A stretch of DNA of 64,000 nt from Auanema rhodensis (taxonomy: Eukaryota; Animalia; Nematoda): assembly GCA_964057225.1 (NCBI GenBank), contig OZ059900.1:24924001-24988000 (forward strand), written 5' to 3'. Positions 51,201 to 63,265 of this stretch are shown piece by piece; position 1 is the first letter of the stretch, and each line of letters opens with the position of its first letter. The notes beneath the pieces are model-generated. The model saw nothing but the letters and a program-made list of their open reading frames with translations. It made no database searches and was not told where the DNA came from. Both the position numbers and the translations under genes were made by a program.

Positions 51201-54200
51201 TAGCCATAAGGGGCGTGCCCTCAGAATATGCTAATTTCCTTAATTTTCTAACCCCTGTTTTTTCGTCGTGAAAGTGGAACTAGACGTTGTACAAACAATT
51301 TTGAGCTAGGTTTCATTGACATTGCATGAGTTTGAACACATGAAATCGTAAGTCAAAACCTTGTTTACAGCGAAATTTCCAAAAACTGGTTTTCCAACAT
51401 AATAAAATATTTCTCATGGGAAAAACTGTGTTTTTGTATTTTTCTAGTGTTCAGCATGTAAAATGCTTCATTTTAGTATGTAACACGCTGAAATTCGTTG
51501 CGTTTGACGACTCATATGAACAAAAATCGATTTAATCAATATTATCCATAAGGGGCGTGCCCTCAGAATATGCTAATTTCCTTAATTTTCTAACCCCTGT
51601 TTTTTTGTCGTGAAAGTGGAACTAGACGTTGTACGAACAATTTTGAGCTAGGTTTCATTGACATTGCATGAGTTTGAACACATGAAATCGTAAGTCAAAA
51701 CCTTGTTTACAGCGAAATTTCCAAAAACTGTTTTCCAGCATAATAAAATATTTCTCATGGGAAAAACTGTGTTTTTGTATTTTTCTAGTGTTCAGCATGT
51801 AAAATGCTTCATTTTAGTATGTAACACGCTGAAATTCGTTGCATTTGACGACTCATATGAACAAAAATCGATTTAATCAATATTAACCATAAGGGGCGTG
51901 CCCTCAGAATGTGCTAATTTCCTTAATTTTCTAACCCCTGTTTTTTTGTCGTGAAAGTGGAACTAGACGTTGTACAAACAATTTTGAGCTAGGTTTCATT
52001 GACATTGCATGAGTTTGAACACATGAAATCGTAAGTCAAAACCTTGTTTACAGCGAAATTTCCAAAAACTGGTTTTCCAACATAATAAAATATTTCTCAT
52101 GGGAAAAACTGTGTTTTTGTATTTTTCTAGTGTTCAGCATGTAAAATGCTTCATTTTAGTATGTAACACGCTGAAATTCGTTGCGTTTGACGACTCATAT
52201 GAACAAAAATCGATTTAATCAATATTATCCATAAGGGGCGTGCCCTCAGAATGTGCTAATTTCCTTAATTTTCTAACCCCTGTTTTTTTGTCGTGAAAGT
52301 GGAACTAGACGTTGTACGAACAATTTTGAGCTAGGTTTCATTGACATTGCATGAGTTTGAACACATGAAATCGTAAGTCAAAACCTTGTTTACAGCGAAA
52401 TTTCCAAAAACTGGTTTTCCAGCATAATAAAATATTTCTCATTAGAAATACTGTGTCTTTGTATTTTTCTAGTGTTCAGCATGTAAAATGCTTCATTTTA
52501 GTATGTAACACGCTGAAATTCGTTGCATTTGACGACTCATATGAACAAAAATCGATTTAATCAATGTTAGCCATAAGGGGCGTGCCCTCAGAATATGCTA
52601 ATTTCCTTAATTTTCTAACCCCTGTTTTTTTGTCGTGAAAGTGGAACTAGACGTTGTAGGAACAATTTTGAGCTAGGTTTCATTGACATTGCATGAGTTT
52701 GAACACATGAAATCGTAAGTCAAAACCTTGTTTACAGCGAAATTTCCAAAAACTGGTTTTCCAGCATAATAAAATATTTCTCATGGGAAATACTGTGTTT
52801 TTGTATTTTCCTAGTGTTCAGCATGTAAAATGCTTCATTTTAGTATTTAACACGCTGAAATTCGTTGCATTTGACGACTCATATGAACAAAAATCGATTT
52901 AATCAATATTAGCCATAAGGGGAGTGCCCTCAGAATATGCTAATTTCCTTAATTTTCTAACCCTTGTTTTTTGTCGTGAAAGTGGAACTAGACGTTGTAG
53001 GAACAATTTTGAGCTAGGTTTCATTGACATTGCATGAGTTTGAACACATGAAATCGTAAGTCAAACCTTGTTTACAGCGAAATTTCCAAAAACTGGTTTT
53101 CCAGCATAATAAAATATTTCTCATGGGAAATACTGTGTTTTTGTATTTTTCTAGTGTTCAGCATGTAAAATGCTTCATTTTAGTATGTAACACGCTGAAA
53201 TTCGTTGCATTTGACGACTCATATGAACAAAAATCGATTTAATCAATGTTAGCCATAAGGGGCGTGCCCTCAGAATATGCTAATTTCCTTAATTTTCTAA
53301 CCCCTGTTTTTTTGTCGTGAAAGTGGAACTAGACGTTGTAGGAACAATTTTGAGCTAGGTTTCATTGACATTGCATGAGTTTGAACACATGAAATCGTAA
53401 GTCAAAACCTTGTTTACAGCGAAATTTCCAAAAACTGGTTTTCCAGCATAATAAAATATTTCTCATGGGAAATACTGTAATTTTGTATTTTTCTAGTGTT
53501 CATCATGTAAAATGCTTCATTTTAGTATGTAACACGCTGAAATTTGTTGCATTTGACGACTCATATGAACAAAAATCGATTTAATCAATATTAGCCATAA
53601 GGGGAGTGCCCTCAGAATATGCTAATTTCCTTAATTTTCTAACCCCTGTTTTTTTGTCGTGAAAGTGGAACTAGACGTTGTACGAACAATTTTGAGCTAG
53701 GTTTCATTGACATTGCATGAGTTTGAACACATGAAATCGTAAGTCAAACCTTGTTTACAGCGAAATTTCCAAAAACTGGTTTTCCAGCATAATAAAATAT
53801 TTCTCATGGGAAATACTGTGTTTTTGTATTTTTCTAGTGTTCAGCATGTAAAATGCTTCATTTTAGTATGTAACACGCTGAAATTCGTTGCATTTGACGA
53901 CTCATATGAACAAAAATCGATTTAATCAATATTAGCCATAAGGGGCGTGCCCTCAGAATATGCTAATTTCCTTAATTTTCTAACCCCTGTTTTTTTGTCG
54001 TGAAAGTGGAACTAGACGTTGTACGAACAATTTTGAGCTAGGTTTCATTGACATTGCATGAGTTTGAATACATGAAATCGTAAGTCAAAACCTTGTTTAC
54101 AGCGAAATTTCCAAAAACTGGTTTTCCACCATAATAAAATATTTCTCATGGGAAATACTGTGTTTTTGTATTTTTTCAGTGTTCAGCATGTAAAATGCTT

Positions 54201-56087
54201 CATTTTAGTATGTAACACGCTGAAATTCGTTGCATTTGACGACTCATATGAACAAAAATCGATTTAATCAATATTAGCCATAAGGGGCGTGCCCTCAGAA
54301 TATGCTAATTTCCTTAATTTTCTAACCCCTGTTTTTTTGTCGTGAAAGTGGAACTAGACGTTGTACGAACAATTTTGAGCTAGGTTTCATTGACATTGCA
54401 TGAGTTTGAACACATGAAATCGTAAGTCAAAACCTTGTTTACAGCGAAATTTCCAAAAACTGGTTTTCCAGCATAATAAAATATTTCTCATGGGAAATAC
54501 TGTGTTTTTGTATTTTTCTAGTGTTCAGCATGTAAAATGCTTCATTTTAGTATGTAAGACGCTGAAATTCGTTGCATTTGACGACTCATATGAACAAAAA
54601 TCGATTTAATCAATATTAACCATAAGGGGCGTGCCCTCAGAATGTGCTAATTTCCTTAATTTTCTAACCCCTGTTTTTTTGTCGTGAAAGTGGAACTAGA
54701 CGTTGTACGAACAATTTTGAGCTAGGTTTCATTGACATTGCATGAGTTTGAACACATGAATTCGTAAGTCAAAACCTTGTTTACAGCGAAATTTCCAAAA
54801 ACTGGTTTTCCAGCATAATAAAATATTTCTCATGGGAAATACTGTGTTTTTGTATTTTTCTAGTGTTCAGCATGTAAAATGCTTCATTTTAGTATGTAAC
54901 ACGCTGAAATTCGTTGCATTTGACGACTCATATGAACAAAAATCGATTTAATCAATATTAGCCATAAGGGGCGTGCCCTCAGAATATGCTAATTTCCTTA
55001 ATTTTCTAACCCCTGTTTTTTCGTCGTGAAAGTGGAACTAGACGTTGTACAAACAATTTTGAGCTAGGTTTCATTGACATTGCATGAGTTTGAACACATG
55101 AAATCGTAAGTCAAAACCTTGTTTACAGCGAAATTTCCAAAAACTGGTTTTCCAACATAATAAAATATTTCTCATGGGAAAAACTGTGTTTTTGTATTTT
55201 TCTAGTGTTCAGCATGTAAAATGCTTCATTTTAGTATGTAACACGCTGAAATTCGTTGCGTTTGACGACTCATATGAACAAAAATCGATTTAATCAATAT
55301 TATCCATAAGGGGCGTGCCCTCAGAATATGCTAATTTCCTTAATTTTCTAACCCCTGTTTTTTTGTCGTGAAAGTGGAACTAGACGTTGTACGAACAATT
55401 TTGAGCTAGGTTTCATTGACATTGCATGAGTTTGAACACATGAAATCGTAAGTCAAAACCTTGTTTACAGCGAAATTTCCAAAAACTGTTTTCCAGCATA
55501 ATAAAATATTTCTCATGGGAAAAACTGTGTTTTTGTATTTTTCTAGTGTTCAGCATGTAAAATGCTTCATTTTAGTATGTAACACGCTGAAATTCGTTGC
55601 ATTTGACGACTCATATGAACAAAAATCGATTTAATCAATATTAACCATAAGGGGCGTGCCCTCAGAATGTGCTAATTTCCTTAATTTTCTAACCCCTGTT
55701 TTTTTGTCGTGAAAGTGGAACTAGACGTTGTACAAACAATTTTGAGCTAGGTTTCATTGACATTGCATGAGTTTGAACACATGAAATCGTAAGTCAAAAC
55801 CTTGTTTACAGCGAAATTTCCAAAAACTGGTTTTCCAACATAATAAAATATTTCTCATGGGAAAAACTGTGTTTTTGTATTTTTCTAGTGTTCAGCATGT
55901 AAAATGCTTCATTTTAGTATGTAACACGCTGAAATTCGTTGCGTTTGACGACTCATATGAACAAAAATCGATTTAATCAATATTATCCATAAGGGGCGTG
56001 CCCTCAGAATGTGCTAATTTCCTTAATTTTCTAACCCCTGTTTTTTTGTCGTGAAAGTGGAACTAGACGTTGTACGAACAATTTTGA
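47205..56087 (+). repeat. 11-mer duplication (M139-149 / M154-164) separated by an extra copy of its terminal 4-mer (M150-153)
   Basis: CATTAGAAAT, TTCCTAG, TCAAACC, TGTAATTTTG+TTCATCA, GAATAC+CCACCAT, TAAGACG, TGAATTCG and CCAACAT+TTGCGTT recur at +5125. 50963-52329 repeats 49596-50962. Confidence 0.88.
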
Positions 56088-56429
56088 GCTAGGTTTCATT
56101 GACATTGCATGAGTTTGAACACATGAAATCGTAAGTCAAAACCTTGTTTACAGCGAAAATTCCAAAAACTGGTTTTCCAGCATAATAAAATATTTCTAAT
56201 GGGAAATACTGTGTTTTTGTATTTTTCTAGTGTTCAGCATGTAAAATGCTTCATTTTAGTATGTAACACCCTGAAATTCGTTGCATTTGACGACTCATAT
56301 GAACAAAAATCGATTTAATCAATATTAGCCATAAGGGGCGTGCCCTCAGAATATGTTAATTTCCTTAATTTTCTAACCCCTGTTTTTTTGTCGTGAAAGT
56401 GGAACTAGACGTTGTACAAACAATTTTGA

Positions 56430-59400
56430 GCTAGGTTTCATTGACATTGCAGGAGTTTGAACACATGAAATCGTAAGTCAAAACCTTGTTTACAGCGAAA
56501 TTTCCAAAAACTGTTTTCCAGCATAATAAAATATTTCTCATGGGAAAAACTGTGTTTTTGTATTTTTCTAGTGTTCAGCATGTAAAATGCTTCATTTTAG
56601 TATGTAACACGCTGAAATTCGTTGCATTTGACGACTCATATGAACAAAAATCGATTTAATCAATATTAGCCATAAGGGGCGTGCCCTCAGAATATGCTAA
56701 TTTCCTTAATTTTCTAACCCCTGTTTTTTTGTCGTGAAAGTGGAACTAGACGTTGTACGAACAATTTTGAGCTAGGTTTCATTGACATTGCATGAGTTTG
56801 AACACATGAAATCGTAAGTCAAAACCTTGTTTACAGCGAAAATTCCAAAAACTGGTTTTCCAGCATAATAAAATATTTCTAATGGGAAATACTGTGTTTT
56901 TGTATTTTTCTAGTGTTCAGCATGTAAAATGGTTCATTTTAGTATGTAACACGCTGAAATTCGTTGCATTTGACGACTCATATGAACAAAAATCGATTTA
57001 ATCAATATTAGCCATAAGGGGCGTGCCCTCAGAATATGTTAATTTCCTTAATTTTCTAACCCCTGTTTTTTTGTCGTGAAAGTGGAACTAGACGTTGTAC
57101 AAACAATTTTGAGCTAGGTTTCATTGACATTGCAGGAGTTTGAACACATGAAATCGTAAGTCAAAACCTTGTTTACAGCGAAATTTCCAAAAACTGGTTT
57201 TCCAGCATAATAAAATATTTCTCATGGGAAATACTGTGTTTTTGTATTTTTCTAGTGTTCAGCATGTAAAATGCTTCATTTTAGTATGTAACACGCTGAA
57301 ATTCGTTGCATTTGACGACTCATATGAACAAAAATCGATTTAATCAATATTAGCCATAAGGGGCGTGCCCTCAGAATATGCTAATTTCCTTAATTTTCTA
57401 ACCCCTGTTTTTTTGTCGTGAAAGTGGAACTAGACGTTGTACGAACAATTTTGAGCTAGGTTTCATTGACATTGCATGAGTTTGAACACATGAAATCGTA
57501 AGTCAAAACCTTGTTTACAGCGAAATTTCCAAAAACTGGTTTTCCAGCATAATAAAATATTTCTCATGGGAAATACTGTGTTTTTGTTTTTTTCTAGTGT
57601 TCAGCATGTAAAATGCTCCATTTTAGTATGTAACACGCTGAAATTCGTTGCATTTGACGACTCATATGAACAAAAATCGATTTAATCAATATTAGCCATA
57701 AGGGGCGTGCCCTCAGAATATGCTAATTTCCTTAATTTTCTAACCCCTGTTTTTTTGTCGTGAAAGTGGAACTAGACGTTGTACGAACAATTTTGAGCTA
57801 GGTTTCATTGACATTGCATGAGTTTGAACACATGAAATCGTAAGTCAAAACCTTGTTTACAGCGAAATTTCCAAAAACTGGTTTTCCAGCATAATAAAAT
57901 ATTTCTCATGGGAAATACTGTGTTTTTGTATTTTTCTAGTGTTCAGCATGTAAAATGCTTCGTTTTAGTATGTAACACGCTGAAATTCGTTGCATTTGAC
58001 GACTCATATGAACAAAAATCGATTTAATCAATATTAGAAATAAGGGGCGTGCCCTCAGAATATGCTAATTTCCTTAATTTTCTAACCCCTGTTTTTTTGT
58101 CGTGAAAGTGGAACTAGACGTTGTACGAACAATTTTGAGCTAGGTTTCATTGACATTGCATGAGTTTGAACACATGAAATCGTAAGTCAAAACCTTGTTT
58201 ACAGCGAAATTTCCAAAAACTGTTTTCCAGCATAATAAAATATTTCTCATGGGAAAAACTGTGTTTTTGTATTTTTCTAGTGTTCAGCATGTAAAATGCT
58301 TCATTTTAGTATGTAACACGCTGAAATTCGTTGCATTTGACGACTCATATGAACAAAAATCGATTTAATCAATATTAGCCATAAGGGGCGTGCCCTCAGA
58401 ATATGCTAATTTCCTTAATTTTCTAACCCCTGTTTTTTTGTCGTGAAAGTGGAACTAGACGTTGTACGAACAATTTTGAGCTAGGTTTCATTGACATTGC
58501 ATGAGTTTGAACACATGAAATCGTAAGTCAAAACCTTGTTTACAGCGAAATTTCCAAAAACTGGTTTTCCAGCATAATAAAATATTTCTAATGGGAAATA
58601 CTGTGTTTTTGTATTTTTCTAGTGTTCAGCATGTAAAATGTTTCATTTTAGTATGTAACACGCTGAAATTCGTTGCATTTGACGACTCATATGAACAAAA
58701 ATCGATTTAATCAATATTAGCCATAAGGGGCGTGCCCTCAGAATATGCTAATTTCCTTAATTTTCTAACCCCTGTTTTTTCGTCGTGAAAGTGGAACTAG
58801 ACGTTGTACAAACAATTTTGAGCTAGGTTTCATTGACATTGCATGAGTTTGAACACATGAAATCGTAAGTCAAAACCTTGTTTACAGCGAAATTTCCAAA
58901 AACTGGTTTTCCAACATAATAAAATATTTCTCATGGGAAAAACTGTGTTTTTGTATTTTTCTAGTGTTCAGCATGTAAAATGCTTCATTTTAGTATGTAA
59001 CACGCTGAAATTCGTTGCGTTTGACGACTCATATGAACAAAAATCGATTTAATCAATATTAGAAATAAGGGGCGTGCCCTCAGAATATGCTAATTTCCTT
59101 AATTTTCTAACCCCTGTTTTTTTGTCGTGAAAGTGGAACTAGACGTTGTACGAACAATTTTGAGCTAGGTTTCATTGACATTGCATGAGTTTGAACACAT
59201 GAAATCGTAAGTCAAAACCTTGTTTACAGCGAAATTTCCAAAAACTGTTTTCCAGCATAATAAAATATTTCTCATGGGAAAAACTGTGTTTTTGTATTTT
59301 TCTAGTGTTCAGCATGTAAAATGCTTCATTTTAGTATGTAACACGCTGAAATTCGTTGCATTTGACGACTCATATGAACAAAAATCGATTTAATCAATAT

Positions 59401-61897
59401 TAGCCATAAGGGGCGTGCCCTCAGAATATGCTAATTTCCTTAATTTTCTAACCCCTGTTTTTTTGTCGTGAAAGTGGAACTAGACGTTGTACGAACAATT
59501 TTGAGCTAGGTTTCATTGACATTGCATGAGTTTGAACACATGAAATCGTAAGTCAAAACCTTGTTTACAGCGAAATTTCCAAAAACTGGTTTTCCAGCAT
59601 AATAAAATATTTCTAATGGGAAATACTGTGTTTTTGTATTTTTCTAGTGTTCAGCATGTAAAATGTTTCATTTTAGTATGTAACACGCTGAAATTCGTTG
59701 CATTTGACGACTCATATGAACAAAAATCGATTTAATCAATATTAGCCATAAGGGGCGTGCCCTCAGAATATGCTAATTTCCTTAATTTTCTAACCCCTGT
59801 TTTTTCGTCGTGAAAGTGGAACTAGACGTTGTACAAACAATTTTGAGCTAGGTTTCATTGACATTGCATGAGTTTGAACACATGAAATCGTAAGTCAAAA
59901 CCTTGTTTACAGCGAAATTTCCAAAAACTGGTTTTCCAACATAATAAAATATTTCTCATGGGAAAAACTGTGTTTTTGTATTTTTCTAGTGTTCAGCATG
60001 TAAAATGCTTCATTTTAGTATGTAACACGCTGAAATTCGTTGCGTTTGACGACTCATATGAACAAAAATCGATTTAATCAATATTATCCATAAGGGGCGT
60101 GCCCTCAGAATGTGCTAATTTCCTTAATTTTCTAACCCCTGTTTTTTTGTCGTGAAAGTGGAACTAGACGTTGTACGAACAATTTTGAGCTAGGTTTCAT
60201 TGACATTGCATGAGTTTGAACACATGAAATCGTAAGTCAAAACCTTGTTTACAGCGAAATTTCCAAAAACTGTTTTCCAGCATAATAAAATATTTCTCAT
60301 GGGAAAAACTGTGTTTTTGTATTTTTCTAGTGTTCAGCATGTAAAATGCTTCATTTTAGTATGTAACACGCTGAAATTCGTTGCATTTGACGACTCATAT
60401 GAACAAAAATCGATTTAATCAATATTAGCCATAAGGGGCGTGCCCTCAGAATATGCTAATTTCCTTAATTTTCTAACCCCTGTTTTTTTGTCGTGAAAGT
60501 GGAACTAGACGTTGTACGAACAATTTTGAGCTAGGTTTCATTGACATTGCATGAGTTTGAACACATGAAATCGTAAGTCAAAACCTTGTTTACAGCGAAA
60601 ATTCCAAAAACTGGTTTTCCAGCATAATAAAATATTTCTAATGGGAAATACTGTGTTTTTGTATTTTTCTAGTGTTCAGCATGTAAAATGGTTCCATTTA
60701 GTATGTAACACGCTGAAATTCGTTGCATTTGACGACTCATATGAACAAAAATCGATTTAATCAATATTAGCCATAAGGGGCGTGCCCTCAGAATATGCTA
60801 ATTTCCTTAATTTTCTAACCCCTGTTTTTTTGTCGTGAAAGTGGAACTAGACGTTGTACAAACAATTTTGAGCTAGGTTTCATTGACATTGCATGAGTTT
60901 GAACACATGAAATCGTAAGTCAAAACCTTGTTTACAGCGAAATTTCCAAAAACTGGTTTTCCAGCATAATAAAATATTTCTCATGGGAAATACTGTGTTT
61001 TTGTATTTTTCTAGTGTTCAGCATGTAAAATGCTTCATTTTAGTATGTAACACGCTGAAATTCGTTGCATTTGACCACTCATATGAACGAAAATCGATTT
61101 AATCAATATTAGCCATAAGGGGCGTGCCCTCAGAATATGCTAATTTCCTTAATTTTGTAACCCCTGTTTTTTTGTCGTGAAAGTGGAACTAGACGTTGTA
61201 CGAACAATTTTGAGCTAGGTTTCATTGACATTGCATGAGTTTGAACACATGAAATCGTAAGTCAAAACCTTGTTTACAGCGAAATTTCCAAAAACTGGTT
61301 TTCCAGCATAATAAAATATTTCTCATGGGAAATACTGTGTTTTTGTTTTTTTCTAGTGTTCAGCATGTAAAATGCTCCATTTTAGTATGTAACACGCTGA
61401 AATTCGTTGCATTTGACGACTCATATGAACAAAAATCGATTTAATCAATATTAGCCATAAGGGGCGTGCCCTCAGAATATGCTAATTTCCTTAATTTTCT
61501 AACCCCTGTTTTTTTGTCGTGAAAGTGGAACTAGACGTTGTACGAACAATTTTGAGCTAGGTTTCATTGACATTGCATGAGTTTGAACACATGAAATCGT
61601 AAGTCAAAACCTTGTTTACAGCGAAATTTCCAAAAACTGGTTTTCCAGCATAATAAAATATTTCTCATGGGAAATACTGTGTTTTTGTATTTTTCTAGTG
61701 TTCAGCATGTAAAATGCTTCGTTTTAGTATGTAACACGCTGAAATTCGTTGCATTTGACGACTCATATGAACAAAAATCGATTTAATCAATATTAGAAAT
61801 AAGGGGCGTGCCCTCAGAATATGCTAATTTCCTTAATTTTCTAACCCCTGTTTTTTTGTCGTGAAAGTGGAACTAGACGTTGTACGAACAATTTTGA
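56430..61897 (+). repeat. Diverged 5-monomer block repeated at an 11-monomer offset (M166-170 / M177-181), flanking a tandem 3-mer duplication (58139-59163 / 59164-60188)
   Basis: ACTGTTTTCC, GAAAATTCC+CTAATGG, TTGTTTTTTT+GCTCCAT and TTCGTTTT+TAGAAAT recur at +3759. The 3-mer ACTGTTTTCC / CTAATGG+ATGTTTC / CCAACAT+TTGCGTT recurs at +1025. Confidence 0.78.
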
Positions 61898-63265
61898 GCT
61901 AGGTTTCATTGACATTGCATGAGTTTGAACACATGAAATCGTAAGTCAAAACCTTGTTTACAGCGAAATTTCCAAAAACTGGTTTTCCAGCATAATAAAA
62001 CATTTCTCATGGGAAATACTGTGTTTTTGTATTTTTCTAGTGTTCAGCATGTAAAATGCTTCGTTTTAGTATGTAACACGCTGAAATTCGTTGCATTTGA
62101 CGACTCATATGAACAAAAATCGATTTAATCAATATTAGAAATAAGGGGCGTGCCCTCAGAATATGCTAATTTCCTTAATTTTCTAACCCCTGTTTTTTTG
62201 TCGTGAAAGTGGAACTAGACGTTGTACGAACAATTTTGAGCTAGGTTTCATTGACATTGCATGAGTTTGAACACATGAAATCGTAAGTCAAAACCTTGTT
62301 TACAGCGAAATTTCCAAAAACTGGTTTTCCAGCATAATAAAATATTTCTCAAGGGAAATACTGTGTTTTTGTATTTTTCTAGTGTTCAGCATGTAAAATG
62401 CTTCATTTTAGTATGTAACACGCTGAAATTCGTTGCATTTGACGACTCATATGAACAAAAATCGATTTAATCAATATTAGCCATAAGGGGCGTGCCCACA
62501 GAATATGCTAATTTCCTTAATTTTCTAACCCCTGTTTTTTTGTCGTGAAAGTGGAACTAGACGTTGTACGAACAATTTTGAGCTAGGTTTCATTGACATT
62601 GCATGAGTTTGAACACATGAAATCGTAAGTCAAAACCTTGTTTACAGCGAAATTTCCAAAAACTGGTTTTCCACCATAATAAAATATTTCTCATGGGAAA
62701 TACTGTGTTTTTGTATTTTTTCAGTGTTCAGCATGTAAAATGCTTCATTTTAGTATGTAACACGCTGAAATTCGTTGCATTTGACGACTCATATGAACAA
62801 AAATCGATTTAATCAATATTAGCCATAAGGGGCGTGCCCTCAGAATATGTTAATTTCCTTAATTTTCTAACCCCTGTTTTTTTGTCGTGAAAGTGGAACT
62901 AGACGTTGTACGAACAATTTTGAGCTAGGTTTCATTGACATTGCATGAGTTTGAACACATGAAATCGTAAGTCAAAACCTTGTTTACAGCGAAATTTCCA
63001 AAAACTGGTTTTCCAGCATAATAAAATATTTCTCATGGGAAATACTGTGTTTTTGTATTTTTCTAGTGTTCAGCATGTAAAATGCTTCATTTTAGTATGT
63101 AACACGCTGAAATTCGTTGCATTTGACGACTCATATGAACAAAAATCGATTTAATCAATATTAGCCATAAGGGGCGTGCCCTCAGAATATGCTAATTTCC
63201 TTAATTTTCTAACCCCTGTTTTTTTGTCGTGAAAGTGGAACTAGACGTTGTACGAACAATTTTGA

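Larger units (their letters stand above)
42419..63265 (+). repeat. Variant domain C of the satellite (interleaved with domain B from ~39341)
   Basis: Characteristic variants are CATTAGAAAT, AATGTTAG, ATTAACC/ATTATCC/ATTAGAAAT, GGGAGTG, TCAAACC (-1), ACTGTTTTCC (-1), TTGCGTTT, AATGTGCT and CTAATGGG. A230T is absent. Confidence 0.8.
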
